Below are positions 18,079 to 29,162 of a stretch of 64,000 nucleotides of DNA, in pieces (position 1 is the first letter of the stretch; the number at the start of each line of letters is the position of its first letter). The notes beneath the pieces are model-generated. The model was not told the DNA's origin and made no database searches. It saw only the letters and a list, made by a program, of their open reading frames with translations. The position numbers and the translations under genes were made by a program. The DNA is taken from sequence record DRR378314_197; one strand, written 5' to 3'.

Positions 18079-21000
18079 ATGGCCAAGTTTTTTATAAATC
18101 GCCCGATATTTGCCTGGGTTATCGCGCTACTGACCATGATGGCCGGTGCTATCGCGATGCTGCAGCTACCTATAGCTCAGTATCCGACTATCGCTCCGCC
18201 TGCAGTCGAAATTCAGGTGAGTTACCCTGGCGCTAACGCCGAAACCGTTTCAAATACCGTAACCAAAGTGATTGAGCAGAATATGACAGGTATTGATAAC
18301 CTGCTCTACTTCTCTTCTCAGAGCAACTTTGGCAACGGTACCGTTAGTCTGACTTTTGCTTCAGGAACGGATCCTGATATTGCTCAGGTGCAAGTTCAGA
18401 ATAAGCTTTCTCAGGCAACCCCCCAGTTGCCTCAGGCAGTTCAGGCTCAGGGCATTACCGTTAGTAAAGCAAGTAGCTCATTCTTAATGGTAGCCGCACT
18501 CGTGGCCTCAGACGACCGTTACTCTCAAACCGACTTAAGTGACTATATTGCGTCAAATATTCAGGATCCTATAGCCCGTACAACCGGCGTTGGTAACGTT
18601 CAGCTCTTTGGCTCGCCCTACTCAATGAGAATTTGGGTAGACCCGTCAGCGCTGGTTAACTACGGCATGACAATGGCTGACCTTAAAAGTGCTATTCAGG
18701 CACAAAATGCTCAGGTTGCTGCCGGTGAACTCGGTGGTACCCCAGCCGTAGAGGGGCAACGTCTGAACGCAACCATTATTGCGCAAACTCGTATGTCTGA
18801 TGTCTCTGAGTTTGAAAATATCACCTTAAAAGTGTTGTCTGATGGTTCGCAAGTCCGCCTTAAAGACGTTGCTGAGGTCGAAAAAGGCGCAGAAAACTAT
18901 TCCATTCAGGCCAATTATAACGGTAAGCCGGCAACAGGTCTGGCAATTAACCTACAGACCGGCGCTAACGCTCTGGAAACAGCCGATGCGGTAAAAGCGC
19001 GAATGGCTGAACTGGAAGAGTTTTTCCCTGATGGAATGGAGTTGGTTACAGCGTACGATACGACTCCCTTTATCAAAATCTCAATTTCAGAAGTTGCGCA
19101 GGTTTTAATAGAAGCCATTATTCTGGTCTTCCTGCTGATGTTCGTTTTCCTGCAGAACCTACGCGCTACCTTAATACCCACCTTAGCAATACCGGTGGTT
19201 ATTCTGGGAACCATGGGGGTCATGGCATTAGCTGGTTTCTCAATTAACACCCTGACCATGTTCGGTATGGTGTTGTCCATCGGCCTGTTGGTTGATGATG
19301 CCATCGTGGTTGTAGAGAACGTTGAGCGCTTAATGTCTGAAGAGGGCTTGTCACCCAAGCAGGCAACGATTAAGTCGATGGGACAAATTACCGGTGCACT
19401 TGTTGCTATCGGTGTTGTTATGGCCGCGGTATTCGCACCTATGGCCTTTTTCCCAGGCTCGACTGGTGCCGTTTACCGACAGTTCTCACTGACCATCATT
19501 ACCTCGATGGGTCTGTCTGTTCTCGTCGCAATCGTGTTCTCACCAGCATTGTGTGCCACCCTGCTGAAACCGGTTAAGCACGACAAAAGCAGTGGCTGGG
19601 GCCCGCTTGGTTGGTTCAACCGTACCTTAGAAAAATGGACCGATAAGTACACCAATACCATTCACTCAATTTTACGTCGTACCGTACGGTTTGGCGTACT
19701 TTACCTGGGGATTATTGGTATTCTGGTGTTCTTATTCATGAAATTGCCAGCGGCCTTCTTGCCCGACGAAGATCGCGGCGTATTCTTGACTCAGATGCAG
19801 TTACCGGTCGGTTCGACTATTGAGCAGTCGGTTAATACCATGGACAAAATAGAAAACTATTACCTTAACCAGGAAGATGCGGTTCAGTCAGTATTTTCTG
19901 TTGTTGGTTTCAGTTTCTCAGGACGAAGTCAGGCTAATGGTATCGCCTTCGTGCGTTTGAAAGACTGGAGCGAACGTGACGAAAGCCAGAGTGTTAATGC
20001 CGTTATAGGCAGAGCTTTTGGGTTCTTCGCTGGTATTAAAGAGGCGATGATATTTGCCTTTAACCTGCCACCTATTCCAGAACTTGGTGTTTCCAGTGGT
20101 TTCAACCTGTTCCTGCAGGATCGCGGTAACCTGGGTCATGCAGGTTTACTCGAAGCCCGTAACCAATTGCTGGGTATGGCAGGACAGAACGACAAGCTGG
20201 TACAGGTACGTCCAAATGGTCTTGAAGATGCGCCACAGTTGCGTATTGATATCGACTTTGAAAAAGCTCAGGCGCTGGGACTGACTATTACCAATATCAA
20301 TGAAACCTTAAGCACAGCCTGGGGTTCATCCTACGTTAACGACTTTATCGATCGGGGCCGGGTTAAAAAGGTCTATCTGCAGGGCGAGGCGGAATCGCGC
20401 ATGTTGCCTGAAGATATCAACGAATGGTATGTCAAAAATAACCAGGGTGATATGGTGCCATTTAGCTCATTCTCGAGCTGGGAATGGACTTATGGTGCCC
20501 AGCGAGTTGAAAGCTACAACGGTGTTGCTGCAATGGAAATCCAGGGGCAGGCAGCTCCGGGAGTCAGTACCGGCGAAGCCATGATTGAAATGGAAAAGAT
20601 GATTGCTAAGCTTCCTCCGGGTATTGGTTTCGAATGGACAGGTATTTCTTTACAAGAGCGTCAATCTGGTGATTTTGCGCCGATCCTTTATAGCGTATCG
20701 CTGATTGTTGTATTCCTGTTCCTGGCAGCCCTGTACGAAAGCTGGTCAATACCTTTCTCAGTCATGCTGGTTGTCCCTCTGGGTATTCTGGGTGCTGTCG
20801 TTGCTGTCATGCTTCGCGGTATCTCTAACGATGTTTACTTCCAGGTAGGTCTGCTAACAACCGTAGGGGTGTCAGCAAGGAACGCCATACTGATTGTTGA
20901 GTTTGCGAAAGACTTACAGGCTCAGGGTAAAGAGCTACTGGATGCCACGCTGGAAGCCGTGCGCTTACGTCTGCGCCCTATCCTTATGACGTCCTTAGCC

Positions 21001-21180
21001 TTTATCTTTGGTGTTATGCCTCTGGCACTAAGCGATGGTGCAGGTGCTGCAAGCCGTAATGCCATCGGTACCAGTGTTATAGGCGGAATGATTGGCGGTA
21101 CTGTACTGGCAATCTTCTTCGTACCATTATTCTTCTATGTTGTGCGGCGAATATTCCCGCCTAAACAAGCGGAAGAATAA
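18079..21180 (+). CDS. acrB: RND efflux permease (AcrB/MexB-like)
   Basis: [35 protein letters not shown]. Confidence 0.95.
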   Translation: MAKFFINRPIFAWVIALLTMMAGAIAMLQLPIAQYPTIAPPAVEIQVSYPGANAETVSNTVTKVIEQNMTGIDNLLYFSSQSNFGNGTVSLTFASGTDPDIAQVQVQNKLSQATPQLPQAVQAQGITVSKASSSFLMVAALVASDDRYSQTDLSDYIASNIQDPIARTTGVGNVQLFGSPYSMRIWVDPSALVNYGMTMADLKSAIQAQNAQVAAGELGGTPAVEGQRLNATIIAQTRMSDVSEFENITLKVLSDGSQVRLKDVAEVEKGAENYSIQANYNGKPATGLAINLQTGANALETADAVKARMAELEEFFPDGMELVTAYDTTPFIKISISEVAQVLIEAIILVFLLMFVFLQNLRATLIPTLAIPVVILGTMGVMALAGFSINTLTMFGMVLSIGLLVDDAIVVVENVERLMSEEGLSPKQATIKSMGQITGALVAIGVVMAAVFAPMAFFPGSTGAVYRQFSLTIITSMGLSVLVAIVFSPALCATLLKPVKHDKSSGWGPLGWFNRTLEKWTDKYTNTIHSILRRTVRFGVLYLGIIGILVFLFMKLPAAFLPDEDRGVFLTQMQLPVGSTIEQSVNTMDKIENYYLNQEDAVQSVFSVVGFSFSGRSQANGIAFVRLKDWSERDESQSVNAVIGRAFGFFAGIKEAMIFAFNLPPIPELGVSSGFNLFLQDRGNLGHAGLLEARNQLLGMAGQNDKLVQVRPNGLEDAPQLRIDIDFEKAQALGLTITNINETLSTAWGSSYVNDFIDRGRVKKVYLQGEAESRMLPEDINEWYVKNNQGDMVPFSSFSSWEWTYGAQRVESYNGVAAMEIQGQAAPGVSTGEAMIEMEKMIAKLPPGIGFEWTGISLQERQSGDFAPILYSVSLIVVFLFLAALYESWSIPFSVMLVVPLGILGAVVAVMLRGISNDVYFQVGLLTTVGVSARNAILIVEFAKDLQAQGKELLDATLEAVRLRLRPILMTSLAFIFGVMPLALSDGAGAASRNAIGTSVIGGMIGGTVLAIFFVPLFFYVVRRIFPPKQAEE

Positions 21181-21194
21181 CGAATAGCAGATAC

Positions 21195-21230
21195 AAAAAA
21201 CCCGGAGCTTAAACTCCGGGTTTTCTTTTT
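21195..21230. terminator. bidirectional intrinsic terminator
   Basis: AAAACCCGGAG-loop-CTCCGGGTTTT between convergent genes. Confidence 0.8.
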
Positions 21231-21244
21231 AAAAGGACGGTTTA

Positions 21245-22288
21245 TTAAGTTGCTTTTTTAAAAACCAAGCGTTTTTGTCCGCCGTAACTCAATAGAAAGA
21301 CTAGACCTTCAGCTAATGGCTTACCAATAAAGGGGGTAACACCAAAATACCGGAAAGCCTCCGTAAGGCCGTAATTAGCAGCCACTAAAACAATCGCCAA
21401 ACAACTGTACTTAGTTGCGTCCCAGGCGACATGAGCCCCCTGTTTGAATACCCATTGGCGATTCAAAGAAAAGTTGAACACCCCGGATATAATTCGCGCC
21501 AGAACAATAGACTCCAACACCTGGCCGGAGAAAAAGTAAGCTGTCGCAAAAATAGAGTAATCAAGGCCGGCAGACAGAATGCCAATACTCGCAAACTTTA
21601 AAAACTTTTGGTAAATTTTTATCGAGTCGATTACTGGTCGGTAATGACTTGTTTCATTACCCTCTTCATAAACCGTGGTTATTTCCTGAGAGTTTATGCG
21701 ATAGCCGCAGCGCTTAGCCGAAAGCAGCATTTCCAACTCAAACTCATAACCTGAACTGTTAAAGTGAACTAACTGTTTAAGGAAACCTAACGGAATTCCA
21801 CGTAGTCCGGTTTGGGTATCTTTAATATCCTGACCCGTTACCAGCCGAAAAATAACCCGGGTAAATTTATTACCGAGTCTGGAGCGGAAAGGAATGTCTT
21901 TTTCATCGAAAGTGCGGCTACCCAGCCATAGTTTATCCGGGTATCCTTTTAGGCAGGTGCAAATAGCGAGAATGTCTTTCGCCAAATGCTGACCGTCTGC
22001 GTCAGCAGTTACGGCACCGGAACAGCGTTCATCACTTTGCTTAATAATCCAGTTAAATGCCGTGCGCAACGCCGCGCCTTTTCCCTTATTTTGCTCATGC
22101 CTTAGAACATGAACACGATGACGATCAGCCAGTTGCTGAAAAACGTCGGGGAGGCGACTACCGTCATCAACAACAATAATACCCAGGTAGTGATTCCATT
22201 CTGGATCTCCAGTGGTAATGCTATCAATAAGCTCCAGCAAGTGCTGGTCGGGATCCAGCGCTGGAATAACAATATAAGGTTTTTTCAT
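21245..22288 (-). CDS. GT2 glycosyltransferase fused to a GtrA-like flippase domain
   Basis: VVDDGS, N.GKG.AL, DADGQH, DTQTGLR; C-terminal 4-TM region with FNFSLNRQWVF. Confidence 0.88.
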   Translation of the reverse strand: MKKPYIVIPALDPDQHLLELIDSITTGDPEWNHYLGIIVVDDGSRLPDVFQQLADRHRVHVLRHEQNKGKGAALRTAFNWIIKQSDERCSGAVTADADGQHLAKDILAICTCLKGYPDKLWLGSRTFDEKDIPFRSRLGNKFTRVIFRLVTGQDIKDTQTGLRGIPLGFLKQLVHFNSSGYEFELEMLLSAKRCGYRINSQEITTVYEEGNETSHYRPVIDSIKIYQKFLKFASIGILSAGLDYSIFATAYFFSGQVLESIVLARIISGVFNFSLNRQWVFKQGAHVAWDATKYSCLAIVLVAANYGLTEAFRYFGVTPFIGKPLAEGLVFLLSYGGQKRLVFKKAT

Positions 22289-22309
22289 TCCAGCACTGGA
22301 CCTTTGTTT

Positions 22310-22678
22310 CTATGTTTTTTTGTCCTGATCTTCTTTAACTTCGTACTCTCCATCAATAACCGAGCCACGGTCTTCCTTATTATTTTCATAATGTTCTTGT
22401 TGTTTTTGATGCTGCCGTTGTTGCTCCTGATAATGCTGTTTCGCTTGCTTACGCATACGCCAAACCTGTTTAATAGCATGACGTTGACGCCACATAACCG
22501 GAATCATCAGCACAAATAAAACGGCGGCGATAACCATGCCAAAAGCCAATCCAAGGCCTATCAGAACCAATAACAAAAAAAGGCCCAGCAAACGGCTGAG
22601 CCAGTTACCGGAGGATGAACCTCCGGCGCGTGAACCCTGGTTGAAACGGACATAAACTTTATCTCGTTTATGAGTCAT
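22310..22678 (-). CDS. hypothetical inner-membrane protein
   Basis: AGGAG Shine-Dalgarno, hydrophobic hairpin, Gln-rich tail ending VIDGEYEV. Confidence 0.7.
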   Translation of the reverse strand: MTHKRDKVYVRFNQGSRAGGSSSGNWLSRLLGLFLLLVLIGLGLAFGMVIAAVLFVLMIPVMWRQRHAIKQVWRMRKQAKQHYQEQQRQHQKQQEHYENNKEDRGSVIDGEYEVKEDQDKKT

Positions 22679-22753
22679 AACTGCTCCTAAAAAATGACTA
22701 CAAAGCTAAGACAACATAAGGCACAGACCGTTCCTACAAGGTTATCTTAACGT

Positions 22754-24427
22754 CTATTTACGCATATCTTCTGTTGCTTTACGTACCGCTTCAAATTCAT
22801 TGCCCGGTGCCCATTGCGGCCAATCCCGTGAGTTTGCTAACTCATTGCCAATTGAATAAAAAACGGACATGTCCTGCTGTACACCACGTAAATCCCAGTT
22901 TTCATCAAACTCATCAGCCGGTTTATGATAAGCGTCGCGATTAAATATAGCACGCTGCTCTTCAGTCCACTCGCGGCCCTTTTCAAAGTGGTCATTGCCA
23001 CCTTCAGCGTAAAGCATCGGCACGCCTTTCTTCGCCAGGCTAAAATGATCCGAGCGGTAGAATGAACCCACTTCAGGAGTTGGCTCAGGTGCTACATAAC
23101 GATCTTGGGCCTTTACGTAGCGTTTCAAGTAGTCTTCCATAGAAGAATTGCCATAACCAACCACAACCATGTCTTTCATTGGACCATAAACGTTCATAAC
23201 GTCCATATTGATACCTCCAACAGCTTTGCCCAGCGGCAGCATTGGATGTGACGCGTACCAGCCAGAACCGAGCAGGCCACTCTCCTCTGCACCGACCGCA
23301 GCAAACACAATAGAGCGCTCTGGTTGTGGCCCTTTAGCAAACTGCTCAGCCATAGCCATTAATGCGGCCGTGCCGGAGGCATTATCCTGCGCACCATTAT
23401 AGATAGGATCATCTTCACGCACCGGATCGGTTCCCAGATGGTCGTGGTGAGCCATATAAATAACGTGTTCTTCTGGATATTTAGAGCCCTCAATGTAACC
23501 AATCACGTTATTGGTATCTAAATATTCAAATTTGTTTTGCACCGTCAGTGAAGCTTCAATATTCAGCGGCTGAGGCTTAAACTCACCACTTAACGCCAGC
23601 TCCCGCATTTGTTCTAAATTCTTGCCTACAGTAGCAAAAAGCGCATTTGCACTCTCTTCGGTTATCCAACCTTCAATGGCTGAGCGATCCATATTCTTGT
23701 TTTCACGCTTTAAGTCAAAACGCACTGGAGAACCGCCAGCAACAACCCCCCAGCCATATCCGGCAGGTCCAGTCTCGTGTATCACAAAAGCGGCTTCAGC
23801 GCCCTGTCTGGCGGCTTCCTCAAATTTATAAGTCCAACGACCATAGTAAGTCATTGCATTGCCATTAAATAGCTCAGGATCACCTGTTGCGTAGCCCGGG
23901 TCATTTACTAGCATAACAACGGTTTTACCTTCAACATCCAGTCCTTCGTAGTCGTTCCAGTCGTATTCAGGAGCAACAATACCGTATCCGACAAAAACAA
24001 CGTCGCTGTTTTCGACTTTAACTTCGTCAACCACTCGCGGTGTCCACGCCATCATTTCCGTACGGTACTTCATTGACTCTGGTGCTGACTCACCATCAAA
24101 GTTTAGAGAACTCACTTTATACGGCATCAATTTGACTAAGGGGACAGGTTGACGATAACTGTCATTTTCCTGGTCATACGGCTTTAAGCCCCACTCGCGG
24201 AAATTATTTTCAATAAAGCTAACCGTTTTTTCACCACCAGCTGATGCAGGTGCGCGCCCTTCAAACTCGTCAGAAGATAACGTTTTAAGATAATCCCGGT
24301 AATTGGGGTTAAAAGCTGAATCCTTTATATCGGCAACGGCTTTATCTGTTTCTTTGTTTGATTCGTTTGCCGGCCCGCAAGCAGCTAAGACACTTAAGCT
24401 CAGTGCTCCCAATATGACGTACTTCAT
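22754..24427 (-). CDS. M28 aminopeptidase lipoprotein with PA domain
   Basis: lipobox LAAC, AHHDHLG, NGAQDNASG, AEESGLLGS, RSDH, YHKPADE; start moved to MKYVIL behind an AAGGAG Shine-Dalgarno. Confidence 0.9.
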   Translation of the reverse strand: MKYVILGALSLSVLAACGPANESNKETDKAVADIKDSAFNPNYRDYLKTLSSDEFEGRAPASAGGEKTVSFIENNFREWGLKPYDQENDSYRQPVPLVKLMPYKVSSLNFDGESAPESMKYRTEMMAWTPRVVDEVKVENSDVVFVGYGIVAPEYDWNDYEGLDVEGKTVVMLVNDPGYATGDPELFNGNAMTYYGRWTYKFEEAARQGAEAAFVIHETGPAGYGWGVVAGGSPVRFDLKRENKNMDRSAIEGWITEESANALFATVGKNLEQMRELALSGEFKPQPLNIEASLTVQNKFEYLDTNNVIGYIEGSKYPEEHVIYMAHHDHLGTDPVREDDPIYNGAQDNASGTAALMAMAEQFAKGPQPERSIVFAAVGAEESGLLGSGWYASHPMLPLGKAVGGINMDVMNVYGPMKDMVVVGYGNSSMEDYLKRYVKAQDRYVAPEPTPEVGSFYRSDHFSLAKKGVPMLYAEGGNDHFEKGREWTEEQRAIFNRDAYHKPADEFDENWDLRGVQQDMSVFYSIGNELANSRDWPQWAPGNEFEAVRKATEDMRK

Positions 24428-24456
24428 GGTTTCTCCTTTTATATTACTTTTCATTA

Positions 24457-24963
24457 TTACTCTTTACCGTATTTTTGCTCACAGCTTTCGCCCTCAGCCT
24501 GTCTTAATTGATCGCCCATGCGAATATCGTGTTCAGCAAAAAATCCGCCATTGACCTCAAGTACGCTCCAGTAATTTTCCCCCGGAGAATAGCTTCTGCA
24601 TTGCGTTGGATCATCGCTGCCGCAAGGTCGCATCGTGAACGTTTTCACAATACGGCCTTGTCGATCAAGGTAAGCAATATCTAATGGAATTAATGTCTGG
24701 TACATCCAGAAACCACTGTAGCCGGGCCGCTCATTTCCATAACGGAACCACATTCCATTGTACTCACCCAGTGACTCACGCTGCATTAAACCCCGCGCTT
24801 GTTGCTGCTGATTATCCGCTAGCTCGACTGTCAAAGGTTGTTCAAGTTCGCCCAGACAGACTTCGGTTTTATCAAATTCTTGTGGTTCAGGAACATTCCA
24901 TTGCTGCGCCAGACTGCAAAAAGGTAAGGCGCTGATTAATATAAAAAGCACTCGATAGTTCAT
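24457..24963 (-). CDS. DUF192-family exported protein
   Basis: VELA..RGLM.R, GM.F, FWM.QT.IPLDIAYLD, VLEVNGG. Confidence 0.85.
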   Translation of the reverse strand: MNYRVLFILISALPFCSLAQQWNVPEPQEFDKTEVCLGELEQPLTVELADNQQQQARGLMQRESLGEYNGMWFRYGNERPGYSGFWMYQTLIPLDIAYLDRQGRIVKTFTMRPCGSDDPTQCRSYSPGENYWSVLEVNGGFFAEHDIRMGDQLRQAEGESCEQKYGKE

Positions 24964-25031
24964 TTGCTTGACCCTGTCATAATCGGTAACTCTGATTTTG
25001 TCCTATCCAGTGGGAGATCGCAATTCAAACC

Positions 25032-26438
25032 TCAACTTGAGCAGGACAGTTCAGAGACCTGCTCCTCAGCCGTTGGCGGCTTCGCCCAGGGGCTTTCGCG
25101 TAAACGTTCAGAAAAGGGGTTCATTAAAGCCTGCACATAGTCGTGTAATAACGAGTCGTCACCTGCTTCCGCGGCATCGATTACCCGCTGCGCATGGTGT
25201 GTCCTGACAATAACCCAGGGGTTAACTTGCTTCATAACGTCAATATCGCTATTTCCGTTTACCGCGTTATTGTATTCCTGCCACCAGCTGTCACCGCTTC
25301 GTGCCAACAACCCTTTCGGTTCTTTCGCTTCAAGCGAGTCAATTAAGTCACGGAACGCCAATTGATAATCGGCCTGGTTCACCTCCAGCAGACTTAACCA
25401 GCCGCCAACTAACTGCATTCTCTCTTTGGCCGGTACTGACGACATCCCCAGACGCTTTGTCATTCGGTTTAAGTAAGCTTTTCGAAGTTCGGGTTCGTAA
25501 GTGTCCAGTGCCGCCCGCAGTTTATCCGCCTCAATTAAAGGGCTAACTGCCTGAGCCAGTCGCTGTAAATTCCAGAGTCCGACTCCCGGTTGTTGCAAAA
25601 GACCGTAACGCCCGCCCGCATCAGTATGATTAAAAATCTTTTCGGGCTGGTAATCATCCAGAAAGGCGTAGGGGCCAAAGTCGAAGGTTTCACCCACTAG
25701 ACTCATATTGTCGGTATTCATTACACCATGAATAAAACCATAAGCCTGCCACGCAGCAATCATCTCAGCGGTACTTTTAACCACCTGCGAAAATTGTTCC
25801 TCGATATCCGCATCCGCTAAGTGTGGCCAGGTCACTTCTATGGTGTCCTGCCAGAGGTTGTGCATGGTATCTTCCAGCCCGCGGTGAAAACAGTGTTCAA
25901 AATGACCAAAACGGACATGCGTCGTCGCTGTGCGGGCCAGCATCGCGCCGGGTTCAACCCGCTCCCGTTGTATCTTCCCTTGTGTCGAAATTAAGGCCAA
26001 AGCGCGCGTTGTCGGAATAGTTAGCGCGTGCAGCGCTTCGCTTGCCAGCAATTCCCGTATAGAAGAGCGCAACACCGCCCTGCCATCGGCACCCCGGCTG
26101 TACGGAGTCGGTCCGGCACCTTTGATATGGATATCCGTTATTTTATCTCCCACCACAGCCTGACCCAGCAGCAGGCCGCGACCATCGCCTAAATAAGGGT
26201 TAAAATGTCCGAACTGATGCCCTGCGTACTTTTGCGCAACCGGGTCACTTCCCGGCCAGTGCTCGAGCCCTCCCAGCCACTGAGACAATTCAGCGGGAGG
26301 CGTTTCTCCATTGGTTAATTCAGCCCATAATGAACTGTTTAACCAACGTAAATTGGCCTCGCCGTCGGGCTTTATTGGCTGGCGAGTTGTAATTTCCGGG
26401 AACTTACGGGCAAAGCGGTTATCAAAAACTATTGGCAT
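25032..26438 (-). CDS. selO: protein adenylyltransferase SelO/YdiU
   Basis: YAGHQFG, GDGRG, KGAG.TPYSR.ADGRAVLRS, HGVMNTDN, C-terminal SCSS; GGAGGA Shine-Dalgarno before ATG 26438. Confidence 0.93.
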   Translation of the reverse strand: MPIVFDNRFARKFPEITTRQPIKPDGEANLRWLNSSLWAELTNGETPPAELSQWLGGLEHWPGSDPVAQKYAGHQFGHFNPYLGDGRGLLLGQAVVGDKITDIHIKGAGPTPYSRGADGRAVLRSSIRELLASEALHALTIPTTRALALISTQGKIQRERVEPGAMLARTATTHVRFGHFEHCFHRGLEDTMHNLWQDTIEVTWPHLADADIEEQFSQVVKSTAEMIAAWQAYGFIHGVMNTDNMSLVGETFDFGPYAFLDDYQPEKIFNHTDAGGRYGLLQQPGVGLWNLQRLAQAVSPLIEADKLRAALDTYEPELRKAYLNRMTKRLGMSSVPAKERMQLVGGWLSLLEVNQADYQLAFRDLIDSLEAKEPKGLLARSGDSWWQEYNNAVNGNSDIDVMKQVNPWVIVRTHHAQRVIDAAEAGDDSLLHDYVQALMNPFSERLRESPWAKPPTAEEQVSELSCSS

Positions 26439-26544
26439 ACATCCTCCTGCTAAATAGATTGTTACACAGTCAGCGAGGCTTGCATAACTCATAATAAATC
26501 AGCTAAGGTCGCAACGTTTGGCCATTGGCAGCAAAGGAAGCCAC

Positions 26545-27441
26545 ATGCAACTTCATTCTTTACGACGTATCACCGCAATAGGCGGTGGCCACGGTCTCGG
26601 TCGGGTACTGTCGACTCTGTCGTTTATGAAACATAAGTTAGTCGGTATTGTAGCAACCACAGATAACGGCGGCGCAACCGGTTTGTTACGTGAGTCACAA
26701 CACTGCATTGCCTGGGGTGATATCCGCAACTGCCTGTCACAACTTGTTGAACAACCGCTAGCGGCCGAAGTACTGAATTATCGTTTTGATTGCACATCGT
26801 CACTGCATGGTCATAACTTCGGTAACCTGCTGCTTTATACACTGGACCAGCTCAGTGCCCGCCCGTTAGATGGTATACAGCTATTAAGTCGTTTGCTGAA
26901 CGTCGATAATCGCATACTTCCTATGTCGGAATGCCCGACCGATCTCATTGCGACAACCAACGATGGCATTCAGTGTCATGGTGAAATACGCATTGATAAA
27001 CTGCCGGTTATGCCACGCAAGCTCTCCTTATCCGGCAGCGTTACTGCAACCCCCGAAGCGATACGCCATATTCGAAGCAGTCAGTTAATCTTGCTGGGAC
27101 CGGGAAGTTTCATGACCTCGGTTATGCCACCGTTACTCATTAATGGTATCCGCGATGCCTTACGAACAACTCAGGCCAAAGTGGTGTTTATTGATAATCT
27201 GGTGGATGAAAACGGTCCTGCCGGGAAACTCAGTCTGGCTGAAAAAGTCGGCTTTATCGAGAAGCAATTGGATAAACAGGTTATCGACTTAGTTTTAAGC
27301 AACAAGCAAGAAAAAGACCTAAAATTACCGGTTATTGGCGGTTTGCAGAGTGATGAAGATGTCTACTACCGCCATAATACAAGCAATTTACTGGCTAAAC
27401 TGGAAGAAGCCGCGAAACAACTCCTGGTGGAGAGTGCTTAG
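26545..27441 (+). CDS. yvcK: YvcK/YbhK (CofD-like) UDP-GlcNAc-binding protein
   Basis: [31 protein letters not shown]. Confidence 0.9.
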   Translation: MQLHSLRRITAIGGGHGLGRVLSTLSFMKHKLVGIVATTDNGGATGLLRESQHCIAWGDIRNCLSQLVEQPLAAEVLNYRFDCTSSLHGHNFGNLLLYTLDQLSARPLDGIQLLSRLLNVDNRILPMSECPTDLIATTNDGIQCHGEIRIDKLPVMPRKLSLSGSVTATPEAIRHIRSSQLILLGPGSFMTSVMPPLLINGIRDALRTTQAKVVFIDNLVDENGPAGKLSLAEKVGFIEKQLDKQVIDLVLSNKQEKDLKLPVIGGLQSDEDVYYRHNTSNLLAKLEEAAKQLLVESA

Positions 27442-28025
27442 CCGCCGTCAGCTGAAATACGCGAAGCCACGGCGCTGTGCTGATCCCGATATTTAGCGTC
27501 TTCACGCTTGTTGTAAGGCCTTGCACAAGGACCACTGAGCTTCTCAAAACTAATAGCACCTATCTTCATACCCGCTCGTAATGCCAAAGGTAACTTACCG
27601 CTATTAAAGAACTCCAGAACAATTTGTCCTGACCACCCCGGGTCAATCCGGTGAGCCGTTACATGTACCATCAATCCTAAACGCGCTAATGACGAGCGAC
27701 CGTCTAACCAACCCACCATATCGGCCGGCAAGGTAATAGACTCATGTGTTACTGCTAAAGCAAATTCGCCAGGGTGAATAAAAAAGGCCTGGTCATCTTT
27801 AAGCACAATTTCATCACTCATAACTTCCTGAATTGCCGCTTCAATAGCTTCGCGCGAGCCGCTAATATCTATAAAAGGTGCCGCATGATCCTGCAGCACA
27901 CGAAAATCGTTGCCTAAATGAATATCTAGTGTAACGCCTGAGATATTATTGGCTTGGGGTGCAGGTTCGACACCTATAATTCCATCTTTCAAATGCTGTT
28001 CTATTTCAGTGTCGTTTAGGCGCAT
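27438..28025 (-). CDS. dcd: dCTP deaminase
   Basis: [27 protein letters not shown]. Confidence 0.97.
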   Translation of the reverse strand: MRLNDTEIEQHLKDGIIGVEPAPQANNISGVTLDIHLGNDFRVLQDHAAPFIDISGSREAIEAAIQEVMSDEIVLKDDQAFFIHPGEFALAVTHESITLPADMVGWLDGRSSLARLGLMVHVTAHRIDPGWSGQIVLEFFNSGKLPLALRAGMKIGAISFEKLSGPCARPYNKREDAKYRDQHSAVASRISADGG

Positions 28026-28070
28026 GGTTCATCGTTCTCCGTGTTGTCATTTAAGACCTTAAGGCCAGTA

Positions 28071-29054
28071 CTATAACGAATTTTCTTGCTGATAATAGAG
28101 GTTTGCTGCAACTTGTTGCGCTGAATTTAAAATTAGCTGACTTAACGGGTGTTCCGGCTGTGCTAACAATAGTGGTGTATCGCCATCCAGACTCTCGCGC
28201 AGCTCACTGTTCAAAGGCCACTGCCCCAATAACGGTAAGTTGTGTTCAGTTGCCATAACCGCCCCCCCGTTTTTGCCAAAAACCGCATCTTCATGCCCAC
28301 ACGACGGGCATTGGTAAAAACTCATGTTTTCCAATATGCCTATGAGCGGAATATTCAGCTTTTCAAACATAGCCACGCCTTTCTCAGCGTCTTTAAGTGC
28401 AACGGTTTGAGGTGTGGTTACTACCACCGCGCCAGTTACCGGTAATTTTTGCGCCATGGTCAACTGAATGTCGCCAGTACCCGGCGGCATATCCACAATA
28501 AGATAATCAAGCGCTGGCCAGGCCGTGTCTTTGTAAAGCTGCTGCAGAGCGCCACTTGCCATAGGACCGCGCCAAATAGTCGCATCGTTGTCCTCAACCA
28601 GGTATCCCAGCGAATGTACCTGCAATCCGTGGCGCTCTAAAGGCATCATTTTATTGTTCTTGGTCAGCTCCATCTCTGAGCCGCCACCGCCAAGCATGGT
28701 CGGAATTGATGGCCCGTAAATATCGGCATCCAGCAAACCGACCTTAGCGCCTAGCTGTGACAAGGCTAATGCCAGATTCACACTCACAGAGGATTTCCCC
28801 ACTCCGCCTTTGCCTGAGGAGACAACAATAACATTACCCGTGGTAAGCGGTAATTCCGGCTGTGAGTTCTTCAGTTTTTTTATCTGACAATTAAGCTGCC
28901 AGTCAAACTCGCCCAGTTCAGAATCCTCCTGTATAGCCTTCAGCAAAGATTCACCAGCAACAAACGGCAAGTTCAGTATCCGTTGCTTACCGGAGCCAGT
29001 TACCCAGTTATCGGGTATGCCATTAGGCAATAAGGGGTGAGTAAAATCTTTCAT
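28071..29054 (-). CDS. apbC: Fe-S cluster carrier ApbC/Mrp
   Basis: SGKGGVGKS, DADIYGPS, WRGPM, DMPPGTGD, ENMS..CPSC; start uncertain (29054-29060). Confidence 0.92.
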   Translation of the reverse strand: MKDFTHPLLPNGIPDNWVTGSGKQRILNLPFVAGESLLKAIQEDSELGEFDWQLNCQIKKLKNSQPELPLTTGNVIVVSSGKGGVGKSSVSVNLALALSQLGAKVGLLDADIYGPSIPTMLGGGGSEMELTKNNKMMPLERHGLQVHSLGYLVEDNDATIWRGPMASGALQQLYKDTAWPALDYLIVDMPPGTGDIQLTMAQKLPVTGAVVVTTPQTVALKDAEKGVAMFEKLNIPLIGILENMSFYQCPSCGHEDAVFGKNGGAVMATEHNLPLLGQWPLNSELRESLDGDTPLLLAQPEHPLSQLILNSAQQVAANLYYQQENSL

Positions 29055-29162
29055 CATCAACCTCGGGGATCTGTGTATCAGCCAAGAGCTATGCTAACAT
29101 GAGCGGCATAAAACTTTAGGGTTTACATTCGATTAATCAACAAAACGGAAGCAGATTTTCGC

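Noticed and set aside
22109-22519. 136-aa hydrophobic ORF on the + strand, and the many other antisense or nested ORFs in the track
   Set aside because: They are shadows of well-supported genes on the opposite strand or frame and have no recognisable motifs.
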